A stretch of 64,000 nucleotides of DNA from Candidatus Bathyarchaeota archaeon (lineage in GTDB: Archaea; Thermoproteota; Bathyarchaeia; Bathyarchaeales; Bathycorpusculaceae). The stretch covers positions 1,408,001 through 1,472,000 of the forward strand of contig CAWFFH010000003.1 in assembly GCA_963815095.1 (NCBI GenBank). The letters are read 5' to 3'. Of the stretch, positions 39,701 to 52,189 are shown in pieces (position 1 is the first letter of the stretch; each line of letters opens with the position of its first letter). Made by a program: the position numbers and the translations under genes. The notes beneath the pieces are model-generated. The model was given only the letters and a program-made list of their open reading frames with translations, had not been told where the DNA came from and searched no databases.

Positions 39701-40085
39701 ACTTCACCATATGGTTGCTGACAAAATACACGCCAGAGCGCGCGGTCAAGTGCAAATGCTCACCCGCCAGCCAACTGAAGGTCGCGCTCGGGGTGGTGGT
39801 CTTCGATTCGGAGAAATGGAACGAGACTGCCTCATTGGACACGGAGCCGCTATGCTGCTAAGAGATAGGCTGCTGGAAGAATCTGACAAGTACACGCTCT
39901 ACATATGCGAGAATTGTGGACAAATCGCTTACTTCGACATGAAGCAAAGGCGTTATGTCTGCAAGATATGCGACGAAAAAGCAAAGATTTCGCCAGTCAT
40001 CGTATCTTACGCTTTCAAGCTTCTGTTGCAAGAACTACAGAGCTTATGCATTACACCAAAATTAAGACTAAAGGAGAAGGCATAA
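36720..40085 (+). CDS. rpoB: DNA-directed RNA polymerase subunit B (unsplit Rpo2)
   Basis: ETPEG, GDKFASRHGQKG, GGLRFGEMERD and C-terminal Zn ribbon. Confidence 0.98.
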   Translation: MTNVQKEDIHYLLKTFFNEKGLVRQHLDSYNEFIDHGLQEVVDEVAEIPIEVPESPYKVKLGQIWVIDPQSRITGPYATEVDGTKHEIYPMEARLRNLAYSAPIALEMTPVVDGREQDTELVYIGNIPVMLKSKLCFLSQLSKEELIAAGEDPDDPGGYFVVNGSERVIVAMEDLAPNRVIVDIDEKGTSPVYQAKIFSTTVGFRARIELKLKSDDAIYVTMPGVPTEIPFVVIMRALTMEKDKDIAEAVTLDSETQTQLSASFEKAIGVDTPSDAILFIGNRVAHGQVEEYRLQKAETALDKNFLPHLGRSDKNRKEKAIFLGEMAYRVIQLKTGRRQPDDKDHFKNKRLRLGGPLLADLFRVSFRNLTRDIKYQLERIGVKGPIITVSAAVRPGIITERFQHALATGNWGRGRVGITQLLDRTNYISTLSHLRRLQSPLSRSQPNFEARDLHPTHWGRLCPNETPEGSNCGLVKNLALSASIAVGVNPDKIKQLLFEMGSVPAYEASIELRISGAKVFVDGNIIGYCNNPQEVVQAFRQKRRAGEISTEVNVTYFSKAQTETEEVHANCDEGRVRRPLIIVENGTAKLGSKHFEKVGSGEWTWEDLVKNGLVEYLDAEEEENAYIALEYDAIQPKSTHVEIATFTILGICASTIPYPEHNQSPRNSYQAAMAKQALGVYSTNFHHRVDSRSHILHYPQVPMVQTENMDVMGYKQRPTGQNCVVAVLSFEGYNMEDAIIFNKASIERGLARSTFYRIYEAECRQYLGGLKDKFTVPEPGTRGYRGEQYYRLLEPDGIIGLESQVVGGDVLIGRISPPRFLEEYKEFEVKGPSMRDTSVDMRPSETGTVDGIFVTMSGEGSQLVKVRVRDQRVPELGDKFASRHGQKGVIGLIVPQEDLPFTDEGIVPDLIINPHAIPSRMTIGQFIESLSGKAACARGKPGDGTPFSNEGPDEVRKNLVKLGFSQTGSEVFYNGATGEKFVADVFVGIVYYQKLHHMVADKIHARARGQVQMLTRQPTEGRARGGGLRFGEMERDCLIGHGAAMLLRDRLLEESDKYTLYICENCGQIAYFDMKQRRYVCKICDEKAKISPVIVSYAFKLLLQELQSLCITPKLRLKEKA

Positions 40086-40086
40086 C

Positions 40087-43916
<3,830 letters not shown>

Positions 43917-43920
<4 letters not shown>

Positions 43921-44234
43921 TAGACATAGATAAAGCGTTAGCGTCTGCAGTGAAGACAGGTAAGGTTTCCTTTGGATCCAATGTTGCATTGCAAAACGCC
44001 AAAACCGGCAAAGCTAAGATGATAGTTTTAGCTTCAAACTGTCCAAAAGACATAAAAACACAAATTGAATACTATGGAGAAATCTCTAAAGTTCCCGTCA
44101 TAACCTACAAAGGTGGATCAATGGATTTAGCTGAAGTATGCAAGAAACTCTTTATTATTTCAGCCATGAGCATCCGCGAAACTGGGGATTCAGATATTCT
44201 CAAAGTAACCGAGGAAACTCAGGTACAAGAATAA
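43917..44234 (+). CDS. rpl30e: 50S ribosomal protein L30e
   Basis: AVKTGKVSFG, ASNCP and GDSDIL motifs, in the canonical position. Confidence 0.95.
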
Positions 44235-44254
44235 AAAACGGAGGAAAAGAAAGA

Positions 44255-44689
44255 ACGAGTGGCATAAAGATTACCTGCGACGAAATGCGATACATTGCTT
44301 TATTTGAAAGCATCAGCGGTGCTAGCGTAAAGGACTGTATAGTCGACGAAGTAGAACAACGCGCAATATTCGTAGTCAACCCAGGTCAAGTAGGTGTTGC
44401 CATCGGCAAGGGTGGACGGAACATCCATACTCTTGAGCGAATGACAGGCAAAAAACACGAAATCATTGAGTATAGCGAAGACCCAGCAACATTCATGAAA
44501 AACGCCCTAAAACCTGCAGCTGTCAGAGAAATCCGCGTTACCGAACGTACTGATGGCAAGAAAATGGCAGTCATTACAGTTAACCCTAAAGATAAGGGCG
44601 TCGCAATAGGTAAGAACGGCAAGAACGCCGAACGTTTGCGCTTTTTGGCAAAACGGTACTTCGACATTCAGAACGTCAGCATCTCCTAA
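44255..44689 (+). CDS. nusA: Archaeal NusA (KH domains); start codon uncertain
   Basis: EMRYIALFE, AIGKGG and AIGKNG motifs, canonical position after rpl30e. No ATG/GTG/TTG at the expected start. Confidence 0.9.
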   Translation, partial: TSGIKITCDEMRYIALFESISGASVKDCIVDEVEQRAIFVVNPGQVGVAIGKGGRNIHTLERMTGKKHEIIEYSEDPATFMKNALKPAAVREIRVTERTDGKKMAVITVNPKDKGVAIGKNGKNAERLRFLAKRYFDIQNVSIS

Positions 44690-44837
44690 GTAGTCCTTAA
44701 CAGGCTATTAGGCGATGAAAACGTCGCTGAAAACGTATAACAAGCCTTATTGTTGAACGTAAATTATTGTCTTTAGGTTACACCATGTTTAGGGCAAAAT
44801 CTTTTCATGAATATTTCTAATTTTTAAAAGTATAGTT

Positions 44838-44857
44838 GTTGCAAGTTAACTTGCAAC
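44838..44857. repeat. Perfect 20-bp palindrome GTTGCAAGTTAACTTGCAAC
   Basis: Read directly from the sequence. Lies between convergent genes. Confidence 0.75.
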
Positions 44858-44878
44858 CAGAATCAAAAAATTTGAATT

Positions 44879-45127
44879 TTAAGATGATCTAGTTTCATAC
44901 ACGATTACTGCGTCAGTTTTAATCTGCATAACCAAGTCGTGCCCTTCAACTATCTTCCGCAGGTTACCCATGCTTTCCTTAGACATGTTAGCTTTAATGT
45001 TAATGTGGTACCCATTATAGAGTGGATACATAGCTTTTTGAGGAATCAACGTGATAGTAGCCCCATCCAACCCAGGGCACCTATCCACGATTTCTCTAAG
45101 TAAGATTGCGATCTCCGCGAACTTCAT
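44879..45127 (-). CDS. Hypothetical protein (82 aa)
   Basis: ATG ORF with AGGT upstream and globular composition. Confidence 0.65.
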   Translation of the reverse strand: MKFAEIAILLREIVDRCPGLDGATITLIPQKAMYPLYNGYHINIKANMSKESMGNLRKIVEGHDLVMQIKTDAVIVYETRSS

Positions 45128-45328
45128 AAATTTAACCTATTAATACTCTGTTATACTATGCATAAAAAGCCTTCACTGCAATTCCTGTTTTCTCCATGAT
45201 GAACTTTAAGGGAATGCGGATTTTTTGGGTTACAACAAGGGTTTTCCATATTGGATGATGTGGTGCGTCGCGAATTTTTCATCGAGCTTTTTAAGGTATT
45301 TGGAATACGCCTGCACTAACAAAAAAGG

Positions 45329-45653
45329 ACAAACTGAAATTTTGGCGCGGCGTGTTGTTCTTCTTCCTATCAAATCAGAGGCAACCTGTTAACTGAAAGA
45401 AGAAGACACAATCCCTGCAAACAGCACTGTCTTCTTCTTTCAACTTAAGCTAATTTACTATCAGATTCACCAGTTAATGGGTAGAAGAAGGTTTGTGAAT
45501 TGCCACTTCTTCTTCTTTTAAAATGGGTTATGGGCGAAAGAACAACAACAAACTGAAATTTTGACGTGTTGTTGTTCTACCTTTCAAATCAGAAGTAACC
45601 AGCAAACTAATAGAAGAAGAAGCGCCCTACAGCAACTTTCTTCTTCTTTTAAG
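45329..45653. repeat. Degenerate ~220-bp-period direct repeat containing four trinucleotide-stem hairpins
   Basis: ACAAACTGAAATTTTG..TCAAATCAGA.. occurs at ~45329 and ~45548. Hairpin stems are 15, 8, 12 and 10 bp. Confidence 0.65.
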
Positions 45654-46059
45654 AAGGTTTCAATTGACAGAAAAACCCAACCGTTATTGCAGCCTTATCG
45701 CCTTCAACAATTCAAGTTCAACGGTGGTCATTTCGATTTTTTTATGTCAGGGTAATTTGGTGTAATATCGACGACGACGACTGACCTTACTCCAAGTTAA
45801 AAAAAGTTGAAAGAGTCTTGGATGGTTGGAATAGGTTGGTATTGTTAACATATGGTTGAGGGGTATAAAATAACAAAGAACTTACCCCTCACAAAAAACA
45901 ACAAAAACAAAAAATTGTCCAATATGTAAATCACGGAAAATCAAGAAATTAGGCAACAAGACATGTGGCGATTATGAATGCAGAGGCAAATATGCAGAAA
46001 ATAAAAATGAAAATACTTAACCGTCCAAATCAATAGACTAACTGCGGAAATGTCACAGT

Positions 46060-46770
46060 ATGCCGGATAATGCTGTAGAATTGAATAAGACTAAAGACCC
46101 AAATAAGTTTCAAATTCGCGCCGACCTGCATGTCCATACAACTTTCTCGAAAGATTCACTGATAACCCCCAAAGACCTCGTTTACTATTCCAAGAAGCGC
46201 GGGTTGAACGCAGTCGCCATAACTGACCACAACCAACTCGAAGGCGCCTACAAAATCGCCAAAGAAACCGACTTCTTAATCATTCCAGGCATGGAAGTGT
46301 CCAGCGCTGACGGGCATATAGTTGCTCTTAATGTCCACGAACTTATTCCCAGAGGTTTTAGTGCTGTTGAAACCGTGGAGCGCATCCATCGAGCAGGCGG
46401 AGTTGCAATCGCATGCCACCCATACGTTTACTTTAAAGGATGTCTAAGGGAAAAGGTCAGTGGCACGTTTGATGCTATAGAAGTGATAAACGCACGCGCG
46501 TTTCCTTTCAAGAGTAGCGTGAAAAAAGCTGAGGGCGCTGCGGAGCGCTTGAAGCTCACACGTGTGGCTGGAACCGATGCCCACTATGGTTCCCAAATCG
46601 GTTATGGTTACACAGTTATTGAAGCAGCTGAACCAAGCGTTGAAGCCATAGCTAAAGCTATCGTGGATGGACACTGCCAACCTTTTGGTCAACCAGTACC
46701 TCTCATCATAAACCTTGAGCAGCAGTTTTGGAGGTTAAGGCGGATGGCTAAAAAATTTAGCCCCTCTTAG
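46060..46770 (+). CDS. PHP-domain phosphoesterase
   Basis: DLHVHT, ITDHN, GMEVS, ACHPY and GTDAH motifs. Confidence 0.9.
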   Translation: MPDNAVELNKTKDPNKFQIRADLHVHTTFSKDSLITPKDLVYYSKKRGLNAVAITDHNQLEGAYKIAKETDFLIIPGMEVSSADGHIVALNVHELIPRGFSAVETVERIHRAGGVAIACHPYVYFKGCLREKVSGTFDAIEVINARAFPFKSSVKKAEGAAERLKLTRVAGTDAHYGSQIGYGYTVIEAAEPSVEAIAKAIVDGHCQPFGQPVPLIINLEQQFWRLRRMAKKFSPS

Positions 46771-46787
46771 GTTGATTTACGGGTTGG

Positions 46788-46805
46788 TTGGATTAAATTT
46801 TAATC
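46788..46805. repeat. Palindromic motif TTGGATTAAATTTTAATC, copy 3
   Basis: Matches the copies at ~6568 and ~7322. Sits at the left edge of the AT-rich variable region. Confidence 0.55.
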
Positions 46806-47031
46806 TTTCTTTCTTTCTCTCTGCCTTCAACAAATACGACCTACAACAACGACTGACTCTAACCCTCTCTTCTTATCACTCTCTCCCACGCATTCTTTCG
46901 TTCGCTCGTTAGCTCGCCCGTTCGCATACAGACAAACAAACAGACAACAAAAGAAAGGATTATAGACTGTCACTCTGTCTGTCACCTTGTCTTTGTCTGT
47001 CTCACTGTCACTCGAAAAAAAATTCAATGGC

Positions 47032-48002
47032 TTAGCGTTTGCGTTTCTTGTAGTAAACCAACAAACCAGCAACAACAGCTACCGTGATTACTGAAACTAT
47101 GACAAATGTTGTTGGGAAAAGCTCTGCTTTTGGTGCAGGTTCCGGAGAAGGAGAAAGTGATAGAGTAAGAGAAAAGTCATATGGCATCATAAGTGGGTAG
47201 TTATCTCGGTTATTCTCATCAATGACGTAAGGTATATCACCTATTCTATCACTGTTGTTGTCTGTGCCATTATAGTTGCTCCAGTAGTTTACTGTAGTGC
47301 CGTTGTCAAAAGTGTTCATTAACGGCAACACAACTGTTTCGCTCCCACGGATGACTGTTTCGCCTGTAATGAAAACGTTTACGGCATTTTTATCAAAATT
47401 ATTGTTGAATATGCTGTTGTTTTCAGAGGAGGAAATCCACAAACCACGAGAGTTACCTGTTATGTTGTTACCGAATACCCTATTGTTACTGGTTTGAGAT
47501 TCGAAATCTATGCCTCTCAAGTTGCTAATTATTAGGTTTCCAGTTATGACGTTCGAGGTTCCACCCCAAACAACAATTCCTGAGCTTAGCACACGTGATT
47601 CCCTCTCAGGAGGGAACCAGTCAATATATTATTAGATATAGTGATGCTTGACCAATTATTTAGGAGAATATCTTCATCGAAGTAGGAATTGATTGTCATT
47701 ATGAAGTTTTCTATCGTTACATCATTAGCGTTAGTTACGGTAAGGGGGATAGAAAGTGTGTATCCGTTTCCATCAAGGGTCATGTTGCTATGTCTAACTG
47801 TTATTCCATTTGCGTCGCCGGTCAAAGTGTAGATGTCACTATCACGCTGAATTGGGGCACCAACGGGGTCAACGCTTCCGTCAGCTTTGATAATTATTCC
47901 TGTATAATTTTGAGCAGTTGTTGAATTGATGAACTGGTTTCCAGCAACAGCTGAGAATAGGAGCGCGAAGATGAGTGTTAGTACTAACGCTTTTTTATTC
48001 AT
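47032..48002 (-). pseudogene. Frameshifted NosD/CASH beta-helix surface protein
   Basis: 5' ORF (signal peptide, IKADGSVDP, TLDGNGY) and 3' ORF (NYWSNYNG.D..GD.PY, DNYPL, TM anchor) are offset by one base near 47600. Confidence 0.78.
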
Positions 48003-48059
48003 GCGATCACAATCTTCTATGTTTGACGTTAGGCTATTTCCGCTTTAATAGGGTTTTCA

Positions 48060-48083
48060 TCAAGGTTTCTTGACTAACCAAAA
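48060..48083. repeat. Palindromic motif TCAAGGTTTCTTGACTAACCAAAA, copy A
   Basis: 19 bp identical to 56168-56186 and 18 bp identical to 56208-56225. Confidence 0.75.
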
Positions 48084-48084
48084 A

Positions 48085-48309
48085 TTAGAGGGTTAGGATT
48101 CTCGGAATCCACTCTTTCCTTTCATTTCGCAAATACTTTGCAAACAGAAGAGCCTCTTCACTAATCAACGTATCAATGGTTTGTCTTTTTCCAACCTTAA
48201 TTCTTTTAACATCAACCATGCGGTCAAAGAAAGCGTTCAAATCTTCAGCTAAACTGTCAGTCTCATACTCTTTCAAGTGAATTTTCTTACCCATCTTTAG
48301 ATGCATCAT
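48085..48309 (-). pseudogene. cas1: C-terminal fragment of a solo (casposase-like) Cas1
   Basis: RIKVGKRQTIDTLISEEALLFAKYLRNERKEWIPRI resembles the C-terminus of CRISPR-independent archaeal Cas1. No N-terminal or catalytic part, and no array nearby. Confidence 0.55.
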
Positions 48310-48527
48310 AAAATTTGATAACGAAAATAATGATGTAATAGTTTAAAGGTTTGGAAAAAGTAGAAGAATGAAATTTGTATCCATTGAATCGAGGTCAAGT
48401 CCTACCCAATGCCTTTGTTAAAGGAAGGTGCTAACAAGCGTTTTTTTATTGAGGCTTAATGACGCGATTGGGTGAGCCGACAGCTATTTAACTCAATAAC
48501 AAACATGTAAGGAATTGGTGAAAAGAA

Positions 48528-48803
48528 GTGAGCAAGGTTGAGAACGAGTTAAAAGAAAAGATTGACGAATTAATCAGGCAGAAGGCAGATTCATCTACAG
48601 ATGAGCTTTCAGATTCAGAACATGGGTATGTTGATGCTCTGATTTGGCTTAAAGAAGGCTCAATCCAGCTAACTAATGAAGGCCTTGGAAAAGAAATTGT
48701 AAAGCAAACCTATGCGGACAAAGACTCAAGCAAAGAATACTGCGATGGCTACGATTCTGCACTTAAACAGGTGTTAAAAATGCTGATTGACTTGAAAAAA
48801 TAG
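48528..48803 (+). CDS. Hypothetical acidic protein
   Basis: GGTGA SD and an internal repeat (GYVDAL / GYDSAL). Confidence 0.6.
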   Translation: MSKVENELKEKIDELIRQKADSSTDELSDSEHGYVDALIWLKEGSIQLTNEGLGKEIVKQTYADKDSSKEYCDGYDSALKQVLKMLIDLKK

Positions 48804-48902
48804 AATGTTCTAAGTGAATCTGATTGAAATTTACTAACTAAATCGCATCATATCATTATTTAGAAACTGGAGCGCCAAACTGTTTAAACAAAAAAGGGTT
48901 GC

Positions 48903-48952
48903 GCGGGTGATTTCTCCATTTACAGAGGGTTCGAATCCCACCACCTGCACCA
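48903..48952 (+). other. tRNA-like remnant: acceptor stem + T-arm + ACCA
   Basis: GCGGGTG..GAGGG TTCGAAT CCCAC CACCTGC A CCA. D-arm and anticodon arm are absent. Confidence 0.65.
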
Positions 48953-48997
48953 TTATATTAAAGAAGACTGCTTGTTGTTAGAATTACAAAGGAGTTT

Positions 48998-49195
48998 GTG
49001 CATTTGACGGGTGAGTTTGAAAAGCAAGTCAAAAAGTTATGTCTTGACCCTAAAGCGGAGAAGGAACTAATCGATATGATAAACAAAGCTACTAGCGAAG
49101 ACCAATGTATGTGCTGCGAATCTAAAGAAGGATGCGAGAATTTTAAGTGGCACAAAAAATGGCTCAACACCAACAACTGTAATTGCTGTCCATAA
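48998..49195 (+). CDS. Small Cys-rich hypothetical protein
   Basis: GGAG upstream. CMCCESKEGCENFKWHKKW..CNCCP. Confidence 0.6.
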   Translation: MHLTGEFEKQVKKLCLDPKAEKELIDMINKATSEDQCMCCESKEGCENFKWHKKWLNTNNCNCCP

Positions 49196-49351
49196 TCTCG
49201 CCTTTGATTTTCTTATATAAAATTTCTAAAAAATAAACTGAAATCTGAATGATTAGTTATAGAATCATTGGATGAGATTGTTTCAAAAGGAAAAGCTAAA
49301 AACAGAAAAATGCATTGGAAACGTAATTTAAACACAACAAGGGGAGTTTAA

Positions 49352-49675
49352 TTGAAGTATTATAAAGATGATGGAAAAGAACGCATTAATGAAACAAACC
49401 TAAGAGAAATCTCAATTGAGAATGCTCTAAAAGAAATTGATGTTTTCCCAACAACTGAAGGTAATTTTATAGGCTTCATTAATGAGAAAGATGAAACTAT
49501 ACAATTCCATAAAAAAGAAGAAAATGCATGGGTTCTGGATGTGCCAGTGGTAGAAAATGGTTATTTTATTTACAATCTTAAAGATGATGACCTTACGACT
49601 GAAAAAGTAAAGATTATTGTTAAGAAATTCTTCTTAGGAGAGAATTGGCAGTATCTATGTAGTTTAACAAAGTAG
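49352..49675 (+). CDS. Hypothetical protein (AT-rich)
   Basis: GGGGAG SD and a 107-aa globular ORF. Confidence 0.55.
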   Translation: MKYYKDDGKERINETNLREISIENALKEIDVFPTTEGNFIGFINEKDETIQFHKKEENAWVLDVPVVENGYFIYNLKDDDLTTEKVKIIVKKFFLGENWQYLCSLTK

Positions 49676-49818
49676 AATTTATCTATTTTACCCTTTGAAA
49701 AATGGGGTGCATCGGGATATTTTTAATAGAAAATTAGAACCAACATGTTGACCTTAGGGTGATGTTAAAAAGTCTACCCAAAGTCTAAAACAGAGAATTT
49801 ATAAAAGAAGATATTAAC

Positions 49819-50994
49819 TCAAAGCTCTTTTGGTAACGGTGCACTCTTTCTTTTTGTTGTATAAACCTTCTTCAGTATTGGCATCGCAATAAAGGTAGTC
49901 AAAATAACAGCCATTACAGCTACAGAATAGGTTCCCGTCGAAATTAATCCACTTGTCAATCCAAGACTTGCAATTATTAAGCCCATTTCACCTCTAGGCG
50001 TCATGCTGATTCCTATTTTGAGGGCTTCTTTAGTCGAGAACTTTGTCATACGCGCAGCCACAAAACTACCCAAGATCTTGCCTATGAAAGCCATAGCCGT
50101 GATAACTAATCCTAAGTATGCGGCTTCGCCAAAGACGCTAAGGTTTATCAGAGTTCCTATGGAAATAAAGAATATTGGTACGAAGAACATATAGAGACTT
50201 TTTGTTTTTTCAAGAACCATCTTAACTTTTGCCTGTCTGGTTGATAACGGTAAACCTGCAGCAAACGCCCCAACTATTGGCGATAATCCAACTGTTGCAG
50301 AAATGTAGGCTGCGAAGAAACCGTATGCTAACACCAAGAGAACCATATATTCGTCATCAAGTCTGACCTTGTCGATGGCTCGAACAATAACCTTTGAGCC
50401 TATCAGAACTATTACAGCCCAAAAAATAACCGCTTTAACTATGACAAGTGCTATTTCAAAGGTATCAACTTGACCAGATAGAATATTTAAAACCACGGAA
50501 AGGAGAACAACGGCAACAACATCATCAACAATACCTGCCCCCAGAATCGTTAACCCAGTTGGATTATTTAATTTACCCATATCTTTTAGCAGTCGGATGG
50601 TTATGCCAATGCTCGTTGCCGTAAAAACAACGCCTATGAAAAGTGCTTCATTGTTTGAAATTCCAAAATACAGTGCAGTATAGTAACATAGAGCCAAAGG
50701 GATTATTGCACCAAGAACCCCTATTGAAAGTGATGGTACGAGCTGTTTTTTTAGGTCATGCATCTCTGTTTCTAGACCAATATAGAACAGCAAAATAATG
50801 GCGCCTAACTCAGCAAAAACGCTTACAATGGCCTGGTTGGAAATTAAATTAAAAATCGACGGTCCTAGAAGAATTCCAACTAGGAGTTCCCCTAAAGCGA
50901 CAGGATACCCGAACCTCTTTATCAGTAAGCCACCGACTATTGCAGCTACCAATAGTAAAGACAACTCAAGCACAAACGAGTTTGGATCAGTCAT
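49819..50994 (-). CDS. CPA2 cation:proton antiporter (NapA/KefB-like)
   Basis: GELLVGILLGPS, ATSIGIT, GIVDD, GAFAAG and PRGEMG motifs. Confidence 0.92.
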   Translation of the reverse strand: MTDPNSFVLELSLLLVAAIVGGLLIKRFGYPVALGELLVGILLGPSIFNLISNQAIVSVFAELGAIILLFYIGLETEMHDLKKQLVPSLSIGVLGAIIPLALCYYTALYFGISNNEALFIGVVFTATSIGITIRLLKDMGKLNNPTGLTILGAGIVDDVVAVVLLSVVLNILSGQVDTFEIALVIVKAVIFWAVIVLIGSKVIVRAIDKVRLDDEYMVLLVLAYGFFAAYISATVGLSPIVGAFAAGLPLSTRQAKVKMVLEKTKSLYMFFVPIFFISIGTLINLSVFGEAAYLGLVITAMAFIGKILGSFVAARMTKFSTKEALKIGISMTPRGEMGLIIASLGLTSGLISTGTYSVAVMAVILTTFIAMPILKKVYTTKRKSAPLPKEL

Positions 50995-51188
50995 TATTAC
51001 AATATCAAAATTTTGATTATTTAAATCTGAAGTACTTGCTTGTACAAATTTAACATAAATGAAACAGCAATAGAACGTCTTGCCTTTCTTTCATTTTATA
51101 CCATTCAACTTTACTGTAGAGTTGTTGAGCAATTACCAAAATGGGTTTTTTATACTATAATGTTATAAGTACAGACTACTAAAATTGA

Positions 51189-51374
51189 TTGGGAATGTCT
51201 TTGGAGACTTGGGTCTTCGTTGCTATCTTGGTACTGTCTGGTGCCTTATTAATAATCTGCAGCTTGAAAGAAGCAGAACTCAGTCTTGTGTTTATAGCAG
51301 CTGGAACATTTACTACAAGTATTAGCTCCTTAGCATTTTTCAAAAAATTCAGAAAAGTGATAGAGCGCCTTTAA
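51189..51374 (+). CDS. Small two-TM membrane protein
   Basis: Two hydrophobic segments and a basic tail. Confidence 0.45.
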   Translation: MGMSLETWVFVAILVLSGALLIICSLKEAELSLVFIAAGTFTTSISSLAFFKKFRKVIERL

Positions 51375-51592
51375 AAAAGTATTTTGTTGCGTTGAGTATA
51401 ATCGATTTTGTCGTAAATGTAACTAACTATGTTTCTTGTCGTTAACTCCTTTGCCCGAAAGTTTACAGGGAAAAGAGATAATTGAAGAATTGACATAAGA
51501 GAAAATTTTAAGTCAACTACATCTCATAATATCTGAAGTAGAGCCTTTTCGTTCAAAAACAAATAGTTCAAAAAAAAGAAAGATGAAAAAAG

Positions 51593-51883
51593 TTATTTGT
51601 GTTTTCTTCTATTTCTAATAATAGTTATTACTCCAATGATGAAAAAAAATAGTGATGCCAGAAAAATCGTTTCATCAATTTCCGTTTCAAGGACAGTTTG
51701 TGGATGAAATGCTACGATTCCTAAAACAAATAAGATAATGCTAATGATTAACAATCTTATGCCCAGAGTACCAGTATTTTTTGACAAACTGTTATCTACC
51801 ATATTTAAGTTATCAAGTGTTCTAAATATTGTTATCTTAACAATAGCAAACATGAAAAACATTTTATTTTTTATCCTGGGCAT
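51593..51883 (-). CDS. Small two-TM membrane protein (true start probably MVDNS)
   Basis: Two TM helices and an RRKHK tail. Confidence 0.5.
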   Translation of the reverse strand: MPRIKNKMFFMFAIVKITIFRTLDNLNMVDNSLSKNTGTLGIRLLIISIILFVLGIVAFHPQTVLETEIDETIFLASLFFFIIGVITIIRNRRKHK

Positions 51884-52189
51884 TGAAAAAGATATTAATA
51901 TTGAGCTTTCGTGGTTTCTGTTTGGCTTTTCGGGTTAATTCGATTAACATACTGAATAAAAGAAAAAGTATAAGCAAATAATACGCAAGACTCCAAAACT
52001 AACGACCCGAAACGTAGGAAGATATAACATCGTTTCTGAAACCTCCAAAATCTAAAAATCAAAGCACTGCAACAACGCTACCGCTATCGCATAAGTATAA
52101 TCGTATTTTTTGGGCTCTAAATTTCCTTAAACTTCGAAGTACAAAAAAATCAACAAAAAACCCTTTATCAAAAAATAACTGTACTGTTA

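Noticed and set aside
44138-44254. N-terminal extension of NusA in the ORF track
   Set aside because: It overlaps rpl30e out of frame and is non-homologous, and the SD lies downstream.
45170-45320. Protein-like fragments on the minus strand (YSKYLKKLDEKF.., WKTLVVTQKIRIP..)
   Set aside because: Possibly a gene remnant, but too short and unassignable.
46827-47075. 82-aa minus-strand ORF
   Set aside because: It is a translation of low-complexity repeats and overlaps the NosD 3' end.
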